A stretch of DNA of 64,000 bases, from assembly GCA_041663305.1 (NCBI GenBank), contig JBAYMT010000003.1, positions 17,949 through 81,948 of the forward strand, in the 5' to 3' direction. Positions 33,686-43,059 of this stretch are shown in pieces. This stretch comes from Minisyncoccota bacterium (GTDB taxonomy: Bacteria > Patescibacteriota > Minisyncoccia > Minisyncoccales > Minisyncoccaceae). Numbering within the stretch: position 1 is the stretch's first letter; each line of letters starts with the position of its first letter. A program made the translations under genes and the position numbers. The notes beneath the pieces were generated by a model that was given only the letters and a program-made list of their open reading frames with translations, searched no databases and was not told the origin of the DNA.

Positions 33686-34255
33686 ATGTATTTATTTTTT
33701 GACACAGAAACAACCGGCTTGCCAAAAAACTGGAAAGCTCCCATCACCGATCTAGACAACTGGCCACGGATGGTTCAAATAGCTTGGATAATGTATGACA
33801 ATTCTGGTAATGAAATAATTGCCGAAAACTATATAATAAAACCAGAAGGCTTTACCATACCCATTGAAACATCCCGAATTCACGGAATAACTACCCAAAT
33901 AGCCGAAGAGGAAGGAGAATTTCTTGAAACTGTTTTAACGCAGCTAAAAGCATTGATGGACGAATCAAGAATATTGATAGCCCATAATATAAGCTTCGAT
34001 GAAAAAATAATCGGAGCAGAATTTTTGCGAAAAAACATATACAATCCAATAGAAGAAAAACAAAAAATATGCACTATGCATAGCACCGCCGATTTTTGCG
34101 CTATAAAAAGCAGGTACGGCTACAAATGGCCAAAACTATCCGAACTCCATTACAAGCTCTTTGATACTGACTTTGAAGATGCCCACGATGCCCAAACAGA
34201 CATAAGGATCACGGCGAAATGCTTTTGGGAGCTTAAAAAAAGAAATTTAATATGA
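33686..34255 (+). CDS. DEDDh 3'-5' exonuclease (DnaQ/epsilon-like)
   Basis: FFDTETTGL (Exo I), IAHNISFDEKII (Exo II), HDAQTD (Exo III, DEDDh). Confidence 0.85.
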   Translation: MYLFFDTETTGLPKNWKAPITDLDNWPRMVQIAWIMYDNSGNEIIAENYIIKPEGFTIPIETSRIHGITTQIAEEEGEFLETVLTQLKALMDESRILIAHNISFDEKIIGAEFLRKNIYNPIEEKQKICTMHSTADFCAIKSRYGYKWPKLSELHYKLFDTDFEDAHDAQTDIRITAKCFWELKKRNLI

Positions 34256-35631
34256 CAAAAAAAGAAATAGAAAAAATATTTAAAAGGCAAAAAGAATATT
34301 TTTCTTCAGGAAAAACAAAAGAAATTGATTTTCGCATTGAAAAACTGGAACGGCTTAAAACATCGCTTTTGCAAAATGAAGAGCTTATATACGATTCCCT
34401 AGAAAAAGACCTTAAAAAATCTCCCACCGAAAGCTACAATACCGAACTGGGAGCAATTATCGAAGAAATAAATTTTGCTATCAAAAATATTAGAAACTGG
34501 ACAAAAAAAAGCAAAACTCCTACACCCTTTATCTTGATGCCCAGCAAAAGCTACACCATTGCCGAACCATATGGAGTGTGTCTGATTGTGGGAGCTTGGA
34601 ATTATCCTTTCGCTCTCACTATTATGCCCTTGATAGGAGCTATTGCTGCGGGAAACTGCGCAATCATAAAACCATCGGAGATATCTGCATACAGCTCACA
34701 CGCACTGTCAAAAATAATAAAAGAAACATTTGAGGAAAGTTACATAACAGTAGTAGAGGGCGATGCAAAAACCGCAACCGAATTGCTGGAAGAAAACTTT
34801 GATTACATATTTTTTACCGGAGGAATTGCGGTTGGAAAAATAGTGGCCGAAACCGCCGCCAAAAAACTTATTCCATATACCTTGGAATTAGGAGGCAAAA
34901 GCCCCTGCATCGTAGAAGATGATGCAGATTTAGACATAGCGGCCAAGCGGATTGTTTGGGGAAAGTTTTTGAACGCAGGACAAACATGTATTGCCCCCGA
35001 TTACATCTTGGCAAATAAAAAAATAAAACCCCAGCTCAATTTTGCTCTCAAAAAAACCATTAAAAAGTTTTACACTGAAAACCCGAAAGAAAGCGCCGAC
35101 TATCCAAGGATAATAAACAGGAAACATTTTGAAAGGCTAAAAAATCTTATTTGTGGCAACATAATCCTAGGAGGAGAAACCGATAAAAATGATCTATATA
35201 TCAGTCCCACTATTATTGATAGTGTAAAATGGGAAGACGAAATAATGAAAGAGGAAATATTCGGCCCCATACTCCCGATAATAGAATACGACTCGCTTAA
35301 AAACGCTGTAAAAATAATAAATGAAAAGGAAAAGCCTTTATCGCTGTATATTTTTTCAAGCAATAAACAGAAGCAAGAGTTTATAATCAGCAACACATCT
35401 TCGGGAAGCGTTTGCGTGAATGCAACGATCCTCCAAACAGTAAATCCACATCTCCCATTTGGCGGAGTGGGGAATAGCGGAATAGGGAATTATCATGGCA
35501 AATATTCGTTTGATACTTTCTCGCACAAAAAAGCTGTTATGAAAAAGAACTCTTGGCCAGAATTAGATATCTCGTACCCACCCTACAAGAACAAACTCAA
35601 AATCTTAAAAAGAATTTGGGGCAAAAAGTAA
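34252..35631 (+). CDS. aldehyde dehydrogenase (class 3-like)
   Basis: ELGGKSPCIV (catalytic Glu/Cys region), FLNAGQTCIAPDY, EEIFGPILPI, FGGVGNSGIGNYHG. ATGA overlap with the exonuclease gene. Confidence 0.9.
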   Translation: MTKKEIEKIFKRQKEYFSSGKTKEIDFRIEKLERLKTSLLQNEELIYDSLEKDLKKSPTESYNTELGAIIEEINFAIKNIRNWTKKSKTPTPFILMPSKSYTIAEPYGVCLIVGAWNYPFALTIMPLIGAIAAGNCAIIKPSEISAYSSHALSKIIKETFEESYITVVEGDAKTATELLEENFDYIFFTGGIAVGKIVAETAAKKLIPYTLELGGKSPCIVEDDADLDIAAKRIVWGKFLNAGQTCIAPDYILANKKIKPQLNFALKKTIKKFYTENPKESADYPRIINRKHFERLKNLICGNIILGGETDKNDLYISPTIIDSVKWEDEIMKEEIFGPILPIIEYDSLKNAVKIINEKEKPLSLYIFSSNKQKQEFIISNTSSGSVCVNATILQTVNPHLPFGGVGNSGIGNYHGKYSFDTFSHKKAVMKKNSWPELDISYPPYKNKLKILKRIWGKK

Positions 35632-35694
35632 AACCGCGCAATGCGGTTTTTTATTATTAAAACATTAAATATATTATAAAATATTTTACCACAC

Positions 35695-35722
35695 TTGACA
35701 AGTATTCGAAAAAGGGTATAAT
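35695..35722 (+). promoter_or_regulatory. near-consensus promoter TTGACA-N16-TATAAT
   Basis: Both hexamers are consensus. The -10 ends 6 nt before ATG 35729. Confidence 0.65.
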
Positions 35723-35728
35723 AAAGGC

Positions 35729-35955
35729 ATGAATCAATTTAGATTCGTATACGAGGAGGGACTCAATGCAAAAGAAATTTTGCTTTTAATTCCCTCAAAG
35801 AGGGTGCAGGAACACGTTGTCCCTGGCATTAATACCGCCAGAGGAAGAAATGATTCTCGTTGGAGTCCAAGCACATAATAAGCCAGAACCTTTTTTATTA
35901 GGTCAGAGCTCTTTTCTTTCTTAAAAACTTAGCGTAGCTAAGTCTTTTGTTTTTA
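35729..35955 (+). other. short independent transcription unit: candidate sRNA and/or leaderless 49-aa ORF (35729..35878)
   Basis: Near-consensus promoter TTGACA-N16-TATAAT (35695-35722) and a 7-bp hairpin terminator (35927-35955). Interior has a GCAAAA-GAAA-TTTTGC tetraloop hairpin and mutually exclusive GAGGGA/TCCCTC vs CCCTC/GAGGG pairings. Confidence 0.35.
35927..35955 (+). terminator. intrinsic terminator
   Basis: ACTTAGC-GTA-GCTAAGT followed by CTTTTGTTTTT. Confidence 0.8.
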
Positions 35956-35984
35956 TTGACAAAAATATTCATCTCTCATATCAT
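35956..35984 (+). promoter_or_regulatory. sigma70-like promoter TTGACA-N17-TATCAT
   Basis: Directly follows the terminator T-run. Upstream of small ORF 36020. Confidence 0.5.
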
Positions 35985-36019
35985 CTCTTTAGCAACTTAA
36001 ATTTGCTAGGTAGGAATTA

Positions 36020-36139
36020 ATGACAAAAATCGCACCAGCAACCAGGCAAAAACGTATTCAGACGAGACGACTAAAAGAATTATCAAGACTTCGTGGATGG
36101 ATCGATGTACGACTCAAAAAAACACAAGGTGTACAATGA
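36020..36139 (+). CDS. hypothetical basic 39-aa protein (MTKIAPATRQKRIQTRRLKELSRLRGWIDVRLKKTQGVQ)
   Basis: TTGACA-N17-TATCAT promoter (35956-35984) and AGGTAGGA SD. The stop overlaps (ATGA) the ATG of a second ORF, which runs through a terminator-like hairpin into repeat locus F. Confidence 0.3.
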   Translation: MTKIAPATRQKRIQTRRLKELSRLRGWIDVRLKKTQGVQ

Positions 36140-36310
36140 ATCTAGCGTCGCTGCGTGCGCAATCAGATCGCGACGCAAAAATCTGCCGAGCAGATTTGAA
36201 TCGACTACGACAATATATTGAAAAAAATAGAAAAGCCCATTGGGGTTCTTTTTTTTATTTTAGATATTTTTTGATTATTCAAAAAAGTGATATAATCAGA
36301 ACAAACTCCA

Positions 36311-36561
36311 CCTGTCATTCCCGCCTGTCCGTCGTAACCCTCGCCGTCGCGTAGCCGCTATGGCGGAGCACGGTTGGTGAAGACGGAATAAATCAAAAAT
36401 AAGCGTAGTCGGGAATCTTATAAAATGTTCAAGTTTACGAAGTAAACTACCAGGCCCGAATTACTAATTATTTATTCCTCGAAGCCTTGGCGTAGGCCGG
36501 AAGCTCGAAGAGCGAAGAAGGACCGTGTCCACCGAAGCCTTGGCGTAGGTGGAAGCAATCT
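36311..36561 (+). repeat. nested-hairpin repeat, locus F (composite)
   Basis: CCTGTCATTCCCG...[insert]...GTCGGGAATCT (36311-36418), AGTTTAC-GAA-GTAAACT hairpin, a short ATTACTA block, then ...TCCACCGAAGCCTTGGCGTAGGTGGAAGCAATCT (to 36561). Confidence 0.85.
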
Positions 36562-36565
36562 TTGA

Positions 36566-36620
36566 GCTTGCGAAGCAAGCCACATTGTACTAGTTACTAA
36601 ATACGAGTTACTAATCACTA
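36566..36620 (+). repeat. GCTTGC-GAA-GCAAGC hairpin followed by phased heptamer array (5 units)
   Basis: TGTACTA GTTACTA AATACGA GTTACTA ATCACTA (36586-36620), ending 8 nt before the galT ATG. Confidence 0.8.
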
Positions 36621-36628
36621 TAACCATA

Positions 36629-37597
36629 ATGAAAAATAAAAAATCAGAAACCGAGTTAAGAAATAATCTGCTTTCTGGAGACTGGGTAATCATAGCCCCC
36701 GCAAGATCAAACGTTCCCAAAGGAAGCGAGGACTGTCCTTTTTGCACTTTAAAAGATCAAGAAAAACCAGTGCTTATATACAACAACGGAAAAATAGTAA
36801 ACGATACCAAGAAATGGACAACAGTCGTGATACCAAACAAGTATCCGGTTTTTACTCCACTGGCAAACGAACATTCGAGTGAAACTGAAAGCCGCTTCAA
36901 AATAAAAACTCCGGGGCACCACGAATTGGTAATCACATCAGACCACAATAAGAATATTTCCGAACTTCCTGTTAAAAAAATAAAAGAAATGTTTGATTGC
37001 TACAAGTCCAGAATAATCACTCTCAAAAAAGATAGATTTGTAAAATATATTTCCATCTTCCAGAATTGCGGAGAAAAAGCCGGAGCAAGTCAAAAACATC
37101 CACATTCACAAATAATAACAATTCCTTTTGTTGATAAAGAATTGGAAATGATTGTTAAGAATTCAAAAAAATACTTCAACAAGAATAAAAAATGCATCCA
37201 TTGCGAAATCATTAAGCAGGAAATAAAAAACAAGAAAAGATTGATCTTAGAAAATGATTCGTTCGTGGCATATGTGCCATACGCGCCAAAATTTACTTTC
37301 CAAATAATAATAGCTCCAAAAAAACACCGCGGCTTATTTGAAGAGATAGCCGAAAAAGAAAAATTAGACCTAGCCGAAATACTAAAAAAATCATTAATAA
37401 GATATAAGAAAAAACTTAACGATTCGGCCTACAATTTTTTCTTATACAATGCGCCGAGCGATAATAAGGATTACAGCTTTTTCCATTGGTATGTATCATT
37501 AGCTCCAAGGATCGGATACTTAGGAGGTTTTGAGGTGGGAGCCAATATGGAAATAATAACAAGATATCCCGAAGATCAAGCAAAAATATTAAGATAA
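36629..37597 (+). CDS. galT: galactose-1-phosphate uridylyltransferase family (HIT-like) protein
   Basis: CPFC zinc site, IPNKYPVF, HELVI, and the active-site SQKHPHSQI (HxHxQ). Confidence 0.85.
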   Translation: MKNKKSETELRNNLLSGDWVIIAPARSNVPKGSEDCPFCTLKDQEKPVLIYNNGKIVNDTKKWTTVVIPNKYPVFTPLANEHSSETESRFKIKTPGHHELVITSDHNKNISELPVKKIKEMFDCYKSRIITLKKDRFVKYISIFQNCGEKAGASQKHPHSQIITIPFVDKELEMIVKNSKKYFNKNKKCIHCEIIKQEIKNKKRLILENDSFVAYVPYAPKFTFQIIIAPKKHRGLFEEIAEKEKLDLAEILKKSLIRYKKKLNDSAYNFFLYNAPSDNKDYSFFHWYVSLAPRIGYLGGFEVGANMEIITRYPEDQAKILR

Positions 37598-37601
37598 AAC
37601 T

Positions 37602-38348
37602 ATGAAAAACAAACTAATTATAGCCAACTGGAAATGCAACCCAACTAAGGCAAAAGAAGGCGAAAAAATCCTCAACGACATTAAGAAAAACCTTAATACC
37701 AAAAACAAGGTAGTAATCTGTCCGCCAGTCATCTTTTTAAGCCAATATTTTGACCTTTTCAGCTCCTTTTTCAGCTTTGGCGTTCAAGACCTTCATTATA
37801 AGGAAAAAGGGCCCTACACGGGCGAAATTTCGCCAAAAATGGCACAAGATGTCGGCTGTAAATACGCTATAATAGGCCATTCGGAACGCAGGACAATACT
37901 CAAGGAAACCGACCAGGAAATAAACCTTAAATTACAACAAATAATTACCACAACAAAAATTACCCCGATATTGTGCATAGGAGAAAGCGGGGAAGAGAGA
38001 AAGGCAAAAAAGACCAATCTTATAATCAAGAAACAACTTGATCTTTCACTAAGAAATATACCCAAAGATAAGGCAGAAAAAATAGTTATAGCATACGAAC
38101 CTATTTGGGCAATCGGCACAGGAGTAGTGGCAACAGAAGAAGAAATAAGCGAAGCAAAAGACAATATTGTAAAAATATTGTGCGACATTTATGGCAACAA
38201 AACCGCCTCCCAAATAAAAATCATCTATGGGGGAAGCGTAGACGCAAACAATATCGCTTCCATACTGAATACTGGTATGGATGGAGTGCTTGTGGGAGGC
38301 GCCTCGCTAAAGCCTAAAGATTTTTCAATGATTGCAAATTGTAAATAA
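37602..38348 (+). CDS. tpiA: triose-phosphate isomerase
   Basis: ANWKCN, IIGHSERR, AYEPIWAIGTG, YGGSV. Confidence 0.95.
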   Translation: MKNKLIIANWKCNPTKAKEGEKILNDIKKNLNTKNKVVICPPVIFLSQYFDLFSSFFSFGVQDLHYKEKGPYTGEISPKMAQDVGCKYAIIGHSERRTILKETDQEINLKLQQIITTTKITPILCIGESGEERKAKKTNLIIKKQLDLSLRNIPKDKAEKIVIAYEPIWAIGTGVVATEEEISEAKDNIVKILCDIYGNKTASQIKIIYGGSVDANNIASILNTGMDGVLVGGASLKPKDFSMIANCK

Positions 38349-38543
38349 TATTTAAATATTATTTAAATATTTTAAAAATAAAAAGAACCCCGATCAAGGG
38401 TCTTTTTATTTGATATTTTTATTTTTTAGCAGAGCCAAAAATAATTTTATATATTGATTTTATCTTTGACTCAAAAAAAACGAGCCAAGAAGAAATATAT
38501 CAAAAAGAAAATTTTTCGTCAAGACTATTTCAAAAATAATTTA

Positions 38544-38711
38544 CCTGTCATTAATATCCGCAAGTGAAGCAATCTTAATTACAAGGATTAATAATTCGTA
38601 ATTCGTAACTAGTACTAGGTAGTTTTCTTCCAGAAAACTTTTAAAATACAGAGAGCTTACTGAAAGTAAGCTTCCAAACACTAATTGCCAGCTACTGATT
38701 ACTAATTACTA
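38544..38711 (+). repeat. nested-hairpin/heptamer repeat, locus G (degenerate), abutting the recombinase gene 3' end
   Basis: CCTGTCATTAATATCCGCAAGTGAAGCAATCT (38544-38575). Heptamers ATTCGTA ATTCGTA ACTAGTA CTAGGTA (38594-38621). Hairpins AGTTTTC/GAAAACT and AGCTTAC-TGAA-GTAAGCT. Heptamers AACACTA ATTGCCA GCTACTG ATTACTA ATTACTA (38677-38711). Confidence 0.75.
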
Positions 38712-38719
38712 AGATTGTA

Positions 38720-39676
38720 CTAATCTTTAAGATCTTTGCCACTATGGAACTGCCTATGGATATCTCTCAGCTTCTTATTAGTGACATGGGTATATATCTG
38801 AGTAGTGGCTATATTCCTGTGTCCCAAAAACTCTTGAATAATTCTAAGATCAACTCCTTGATTCAAAAGATCTGTAGCCATACTATGGCGCAATGTGTGC
38901 GGAGTCGTAAAATACGGTATATTTGCCAACGTTGCATACCTCTTGACCAATCGCTCAACCGAACGAGGCGTCAAACGGGCGTCTGAACCTTTTCTTCTTC
39001 GGTAGTTGATAAACAATGCCTTTTCTTCGTCATCGCGAGTTTTGAGATATTTTTTGAGCCAGACCAAAGCACGCTCGGAAAAGTAAACTGTCCTGGGATG
39101 ATTTCCTTTGCCAATAACACCGATCTCCAAATCCTTTTTATTTTCTATATTCTTGAATTGCTCACGATTCAAAGCAGTCAGTTCAGCAATACGCAAGCCC
39201 GTTGAAAATAATATTTCTAATATGGATCGATCTCGAAGTCCGTCAGCATTATTTATATCAGGAGCAAGCAATAATTTTTCTATCTGGTCCAGCGTCAAGA
39301 ACTTTACAGTTTTTTCTTTTGCATCCTTGGGAAGTTGTATCTTGTCGGCCGGCAAAGATATTATATCTTTAGCGGCAAAAAAAGATAAAAGCGACCTCAA
39401 GGCAATCAGATAATAATTCTGCGTAAGTTTGGATAATATTTTACCAGTTTGGCGATCTTTGAATCTGGCCAAATACAAACGATAATTCCAAATATCTTCA
39501 GGAGTCAATTCATGAGGTTTTAAACTTTCGCTGTGAGTATTTAAAAGCCAGTCGGTAAATTTTTTAAGATACCGGCCATAGTTCTCCTGAGTCTTAGAGG
39601 ATAGACCTCTCTCGATTTCACAATAATCAAGAAAGTCGGGAATATGCTTGATTATGGGCTTGGGGGAGTTCTCCAT
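38720..39676 (-). CDS. tyrosine recombinase, XerC/XerD family
   Basis: SAM-like N-domain. Catalytic region GLRIAEL, HTLRHSMATDLL, LGHRNIATTQIYTHV (R..HxxR..H..Y). Confidence 0.9.
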   Translation of the reverse strand: MENSPKPIIKHIPDFLDYCEIERGLSSKTQENYGRYLKKFTDWLLNTHSESLKPHELTPEDIWNYRLYLARFKDRQTGKILSKLTQNYYLIALRSLLSFFAAKDIISLPADKIQLPKDAKEKTVKFLTLDQIEKLLLAPDINNADGLRDRSILEILFSTGLRIAELTALNREQFKNIENKKDLEIGVIGKGNHPRTVYFSERALVWLKKYLKTRDDEEKALFINYRRRKGSDARLTPRSVERLVKRYATLANIPYFTTPHTLRHSMATDLLNQGVDLRIIQEFLGHRNIATTQIYTHVTNKKLRDIHRQFHSGKDLKD

Positions 39677-40191
39677 AGGTTTTATTGGTATTATAAGGTT
39701 TTTGGCATATATTACGTCGCTTAACCTACATTGTACGACATTTAAGATATGCTTATGTGTGGGCCTTTCAGCCCCTCCCTTATATATTTATATGTGTCTT
39801 TTTATTTATCTCTTCTAATACCATTTTATTATTTTTATTCCCCTAAGTCAAACAAATATTCTTCTCTAAAAATATTTTTATAGTTTTTATAGATTATTAA
39901 TAATTTTATTTCTCAGAAATTAAAAAATTTCCAAAACCAGTTGAACACTTATACCACTATTTTTTTCCCAAGCCATTTTGTGACCTCAAATTTTATCATT
40001 AAATAGCTAGTTGATTTTTTACAAATTCTCAGTCCCCCAAGCCTCTCAATTTTTAGACCTTCGGCAAGATCATATCTTTTTCAAAAAGAAATATAAACCT
40101 CCACCATTCACCTATCCAATAAAAAACCAACATCAGCAATTTCTATTTTATTCAAACTTGACATATCGAGATTTTATTGTAAGCTTTATTT

Positions 40192-40566
40192 ATGTCATGT
40201 CATGACATTAAAAACAAGGCGATACTCTTTGCTTTGTTATATGCAATGTTTATGGTTATCACGACCATATTCGGAATAGCCGCAATTACCAATAAAACCC
40301 TTCTGGGTGGAATATATATCCTTGTCGGGGTTGCAGCCTTTGGGTGCGGAGTCATAATGTTTCTCCATGCATTCAAGGAAACGTTAAACAGTCGCTATGC
40401 CCTTTGCGCTCTCGTAGTGGCGATTGTATGGTTAGCTATCGCGCAAGTAATCACGCCAGAAAGTATTGTAACGTACACTATTGTAGCAAGCTTGCGAGTT
40501 GCCGGCATATCAATTGCCATCTTTCTGTTCAGTAAGCACGTTGCGATAGTTTTATCCCCATCATAA
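40192..40566 (+). CDS. small four-helix membrane protein
   Basis: Four hydrophobic helices. No motif recognised. Confidence 0.5.
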   Translation: MSCHDIKNKAILFALLYAMFMVITTIFGIAAITNKTLLGGIYILVGVAAFGCGVIMFLHAFKETLNSRYALCALVVAIVWLAIAQVITPESIVTYTIVASLRVAGISIAIFLFSKHVAIVLSPS

Positions 40567-40843
40567 TCTCGTTTTTTAGCGAGTTTTTTGTTTTTATGTC
40601 TTTCCCCTTTAGCAAAAATAAGACACACCAAAAAGGTGTGCATTATTTATTTGAATTTTTACACGGAAGTTATATTATAAAACACAGCATATTATGGAAC
40701 TATCTACTTATTTACTAAATAATAGCGGGACGAATTGTGCTAAGTGCTCCCACGCTCAAAGTGGCACCCTTTGCGATTTAATCTGCGCAAAGCCTGTATC
40801 AGATGATAAGCCCCAACAAACGAACTCCCCAAAAAGGAGCTTT

Positions 40844-43054
40844 TTATTTAAATTTGTAATATTTCATTGATAACGAATTACAAACAACACTAATTGAAGA
40901 CAAAGCCATAGCCGCTGCCGCAATAGCAGGATTTAATAACCAACCCGTAATATTATATAAAGCGCCAGCGGCAATCAATACTCCAAAAAGATTATAAAAG
41001 AATGCCCAGAACAAATTTTGCTTTATTTTAAAAACAGAATACTTTCCCAAATTAAATAGCATCGGCAAATGATCAAGCCTATTTCTCATCAAAACCACTT
41101 CGCCAGCCTCAATGGAGATATCTGACCCCGACGCCATAACAATTCCTACGTCAGACTGCATCAATGCCGGGGCATCATTAATGCCGTCTCCAATCATTGC
41201 AACAGTGTTCCCTTCTTGTTGTATTTTTTTTATGATTTCCGATTTTTTATGAGGCAATACTTCACTATAAACAAAATCAACTTTTGTTTCTCCTCCTATA
41301 GCTTCGGCGGCCCGCTTATTATCGCCAGTAATCATTGCTACTTTTATTTTAAGTTTCTTCAATAAAGAGACTACTTCCCTAGCTTCATCGCGCACAGCAT
41401 CTTTTACACTAACGCAACCCAAAGCAATTTTTTCACTGGCCAAAAACATTATTGTTGCCCCTTCGCTTTCAAAACGTTTCATATCATCCGCAAATGTCTC
41501 CACGCTAATATTATTTTCACTCATCAATGAGTATGATCCTAATAGATATTTCTTTCCATTTATCTCTCCTTCTATTCCCTTGCCAAATATCGCTTTAAAG
41601 TTTTCTACCTTCAGTTTTTTTAATTCAAGATTATTCATTTTCTTGACTATCGGAATCGCCAAAGAATGCTCCGATACGCCTTCAAGAGATCCTATTATTT
41701 GGATAAAATCATTTTTATCAATTTTTGAAGAAAAATCTATTAGTTCGGGCTGTCCTTTTGTTAAAGTTCCTGTTTTATCAAAAACAACATAATTAACACG
41801 ACTGGCAAGTTCAAGTGCCCGCCCATTTTTTATAAGTATTCCTTTTTTTGCTCCAAGGCCTATTCCCATTATAACAGCTGTAGGAGTTGCCAATCCTAAT
41901 GTGCAAGGACAGGCTACGATCAAAACAGAAACAAATACAGTCAGAATAAAAAATATATCCTTCCCTGCAGTAAACCAGAATAAAGAAGCAGCTAATGCAA
42001 TTACAATAATCGAAGGAACAAAATAGTAAGCAACCCTGTCTGCCAGAAGCTGAATCGGAGCTTTAGATGATGACGCTTCTTCCATAACTTTTACTATCTT
42101 TGCAAGCATTGAATCTTCGCCCAAATAAAGAGCCTTGATTTTTAAACTTCCCGTCAAGTTCATAGTCCCTCCGATAACACTACTATCAATTTTTTTATCA
42201 ATCGGGATGCTTTCTCCAGTAATAACCTTTTCGTCAATTGCCGACACACCCTCAATAACTATTCCATCCACCGGTATTGTTTCCCCGGGAAACACAAGAA
42301 TAATATCTCCTGCTTTTATATCATCAATCAGAACTTTTTTTTGGATTCCATTATCAAGCACAGTAGCTTCGCGAGGTCGCAGTTCCATAATGCTTTTTAT
42401 GGCATTATTTGTTTTTTCCTTTGCCGAATATTCCAAATACTTCCCAAGTGATATGAATATCAAAATCATTATCGCGCTTTCAAAATACAGTTGTCCATCA
42501 AAACCAGACGGATAAAACCATATAAGAAATGCTATTGCAAGACTATAAAAATAAGCCGCAAAAGTTCCTATTTCTATCAGCGAATCCATATTTGGACTCC
42601 TGCTAATGATTTTTTTAAAACCAGATACATAAATATTATAATTTATAAATATAACAACCGTTGCAATTATAAATTGGACCAACGCTACTGCTTTCATAGG
42701 GATGTCTATTATCGGCAAAGAAAACAATCTTGAAACGGAATAAATAATCACCGGCAAGCCCAATAAAAAAGAAATCCAGAAATTATTTCTTAATTTTTTA
42801 AGTTCTTCTTTTTTTTCGATTTCCATTTCTGCAGTGGAATTGTTATTTATTCGTTTTGCGCTGTACCCAAGCTTTTCTATTTTCTCTATTATGTCGCCGA
42901 TATCAACACTACTTTCGTTATATTCCAAAAACAATACACCGTTTGTAAAATTTACTTGCGCCTTCAAAACTCCAGGAACAGTGCCAATGTTTTTTTCAAT
43001 ATTAGAACTGCAAGAGGTGCAGCTCATTCCTTCTATCTTAAAAAATGCTTTCAT
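40844..43054 (-). CDS. copA: copper-translocating P1B-type ATPase
   Basis: N-terminal HMA GMSCTSCSSNIEK, TGE, CPC (ACPCTLGLATP), DKTGTLT, GDGINDAP. Confidence 0.95.
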   Translation of the reverse strand: MKAFFKIEGMSCTSCSSNIEKNIGTVPGVLKAQVNFTNGVLFLEYNESSVDIGDIIEKIEKLGYSAKRINNNSTAEMEIEKKEELKKLRNNFWISFLLGLPVIIYSVSRLFSLPIIDIPMKAVALVQFIIATVVIFINYNIYVSGFKKIISRSPNMDSLIEIGTFAAYFYSLAIAFLIWFYPSGFDGQLYFESAIMILIFISLGKYLEYSAKEKTNNAIKSIMELRPREATVLDNGIQKKVLIDDIKAGDIILVFPGETIPVDGIVIEGVSAIDEKVITGESIPIDKKIDSSVIGGTMNLTGSLKIKALYLGEDSMLAKIVKVMEEASSSKAPIQLLADRVAYYFVPSIIVIALAASLFWFTAGKDIFFILTVFVSVLIVACPCTLGLATPTAVIMGIGLGAKKGILIKNGRALELASRVNYVVFDKTGTLTKGQPELIDFSSKIDKNDFIQIIGSLEGVSEHSLAIPIVKKMNNLELKKLKVENFKAIFGKGIEGEINGKKYLLGSYSLMSENNISVETFADDMKRFESEGATIMFLASEKIALGCVSVKDAVRDEAREVVSLLKKLKIKVAMITGDNKRAAEAIGGETKVDFVYSEVLPHKKSEIIKKIQQEGNTVAMIGDGINDAPALMQSDVGIVMASGSDISIEAGEVVLMRNRLDHLPMLFNLGKYSVFKIKQNLFWAFFYNLFGVLIAAGALYNITGWLLNPAIAAAAMALSSISVVCNSLSMKYYKFK

Positions 43055-43059
43055 ATCTT

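Noticed and set aside
39677-40191. AT-rich 515-bp gap considered as a replication origin
   Set aside because: I found no cluster of DnaA-box-like TTATCCACA sequences, only one partial TATCCAATA, and no dnaA/dnaN nearby. Kept only as a possible dif/att or regulatory region within the recombinase finding.
40694-40873. 59-aa Cys-containing ORF (MELSTYLLNNSGTNCAKCSHAQSGTLCDLIC...) just downstream of copA
   Set aside because: The CxxC...CxxxC pattern next to a copper pump is tempting. However, the frame reads through a terminator-like hairpin (CTCC-N7-GGAG+T run) into the copA 3' end and has no SD or promoter. Left as unsupported.
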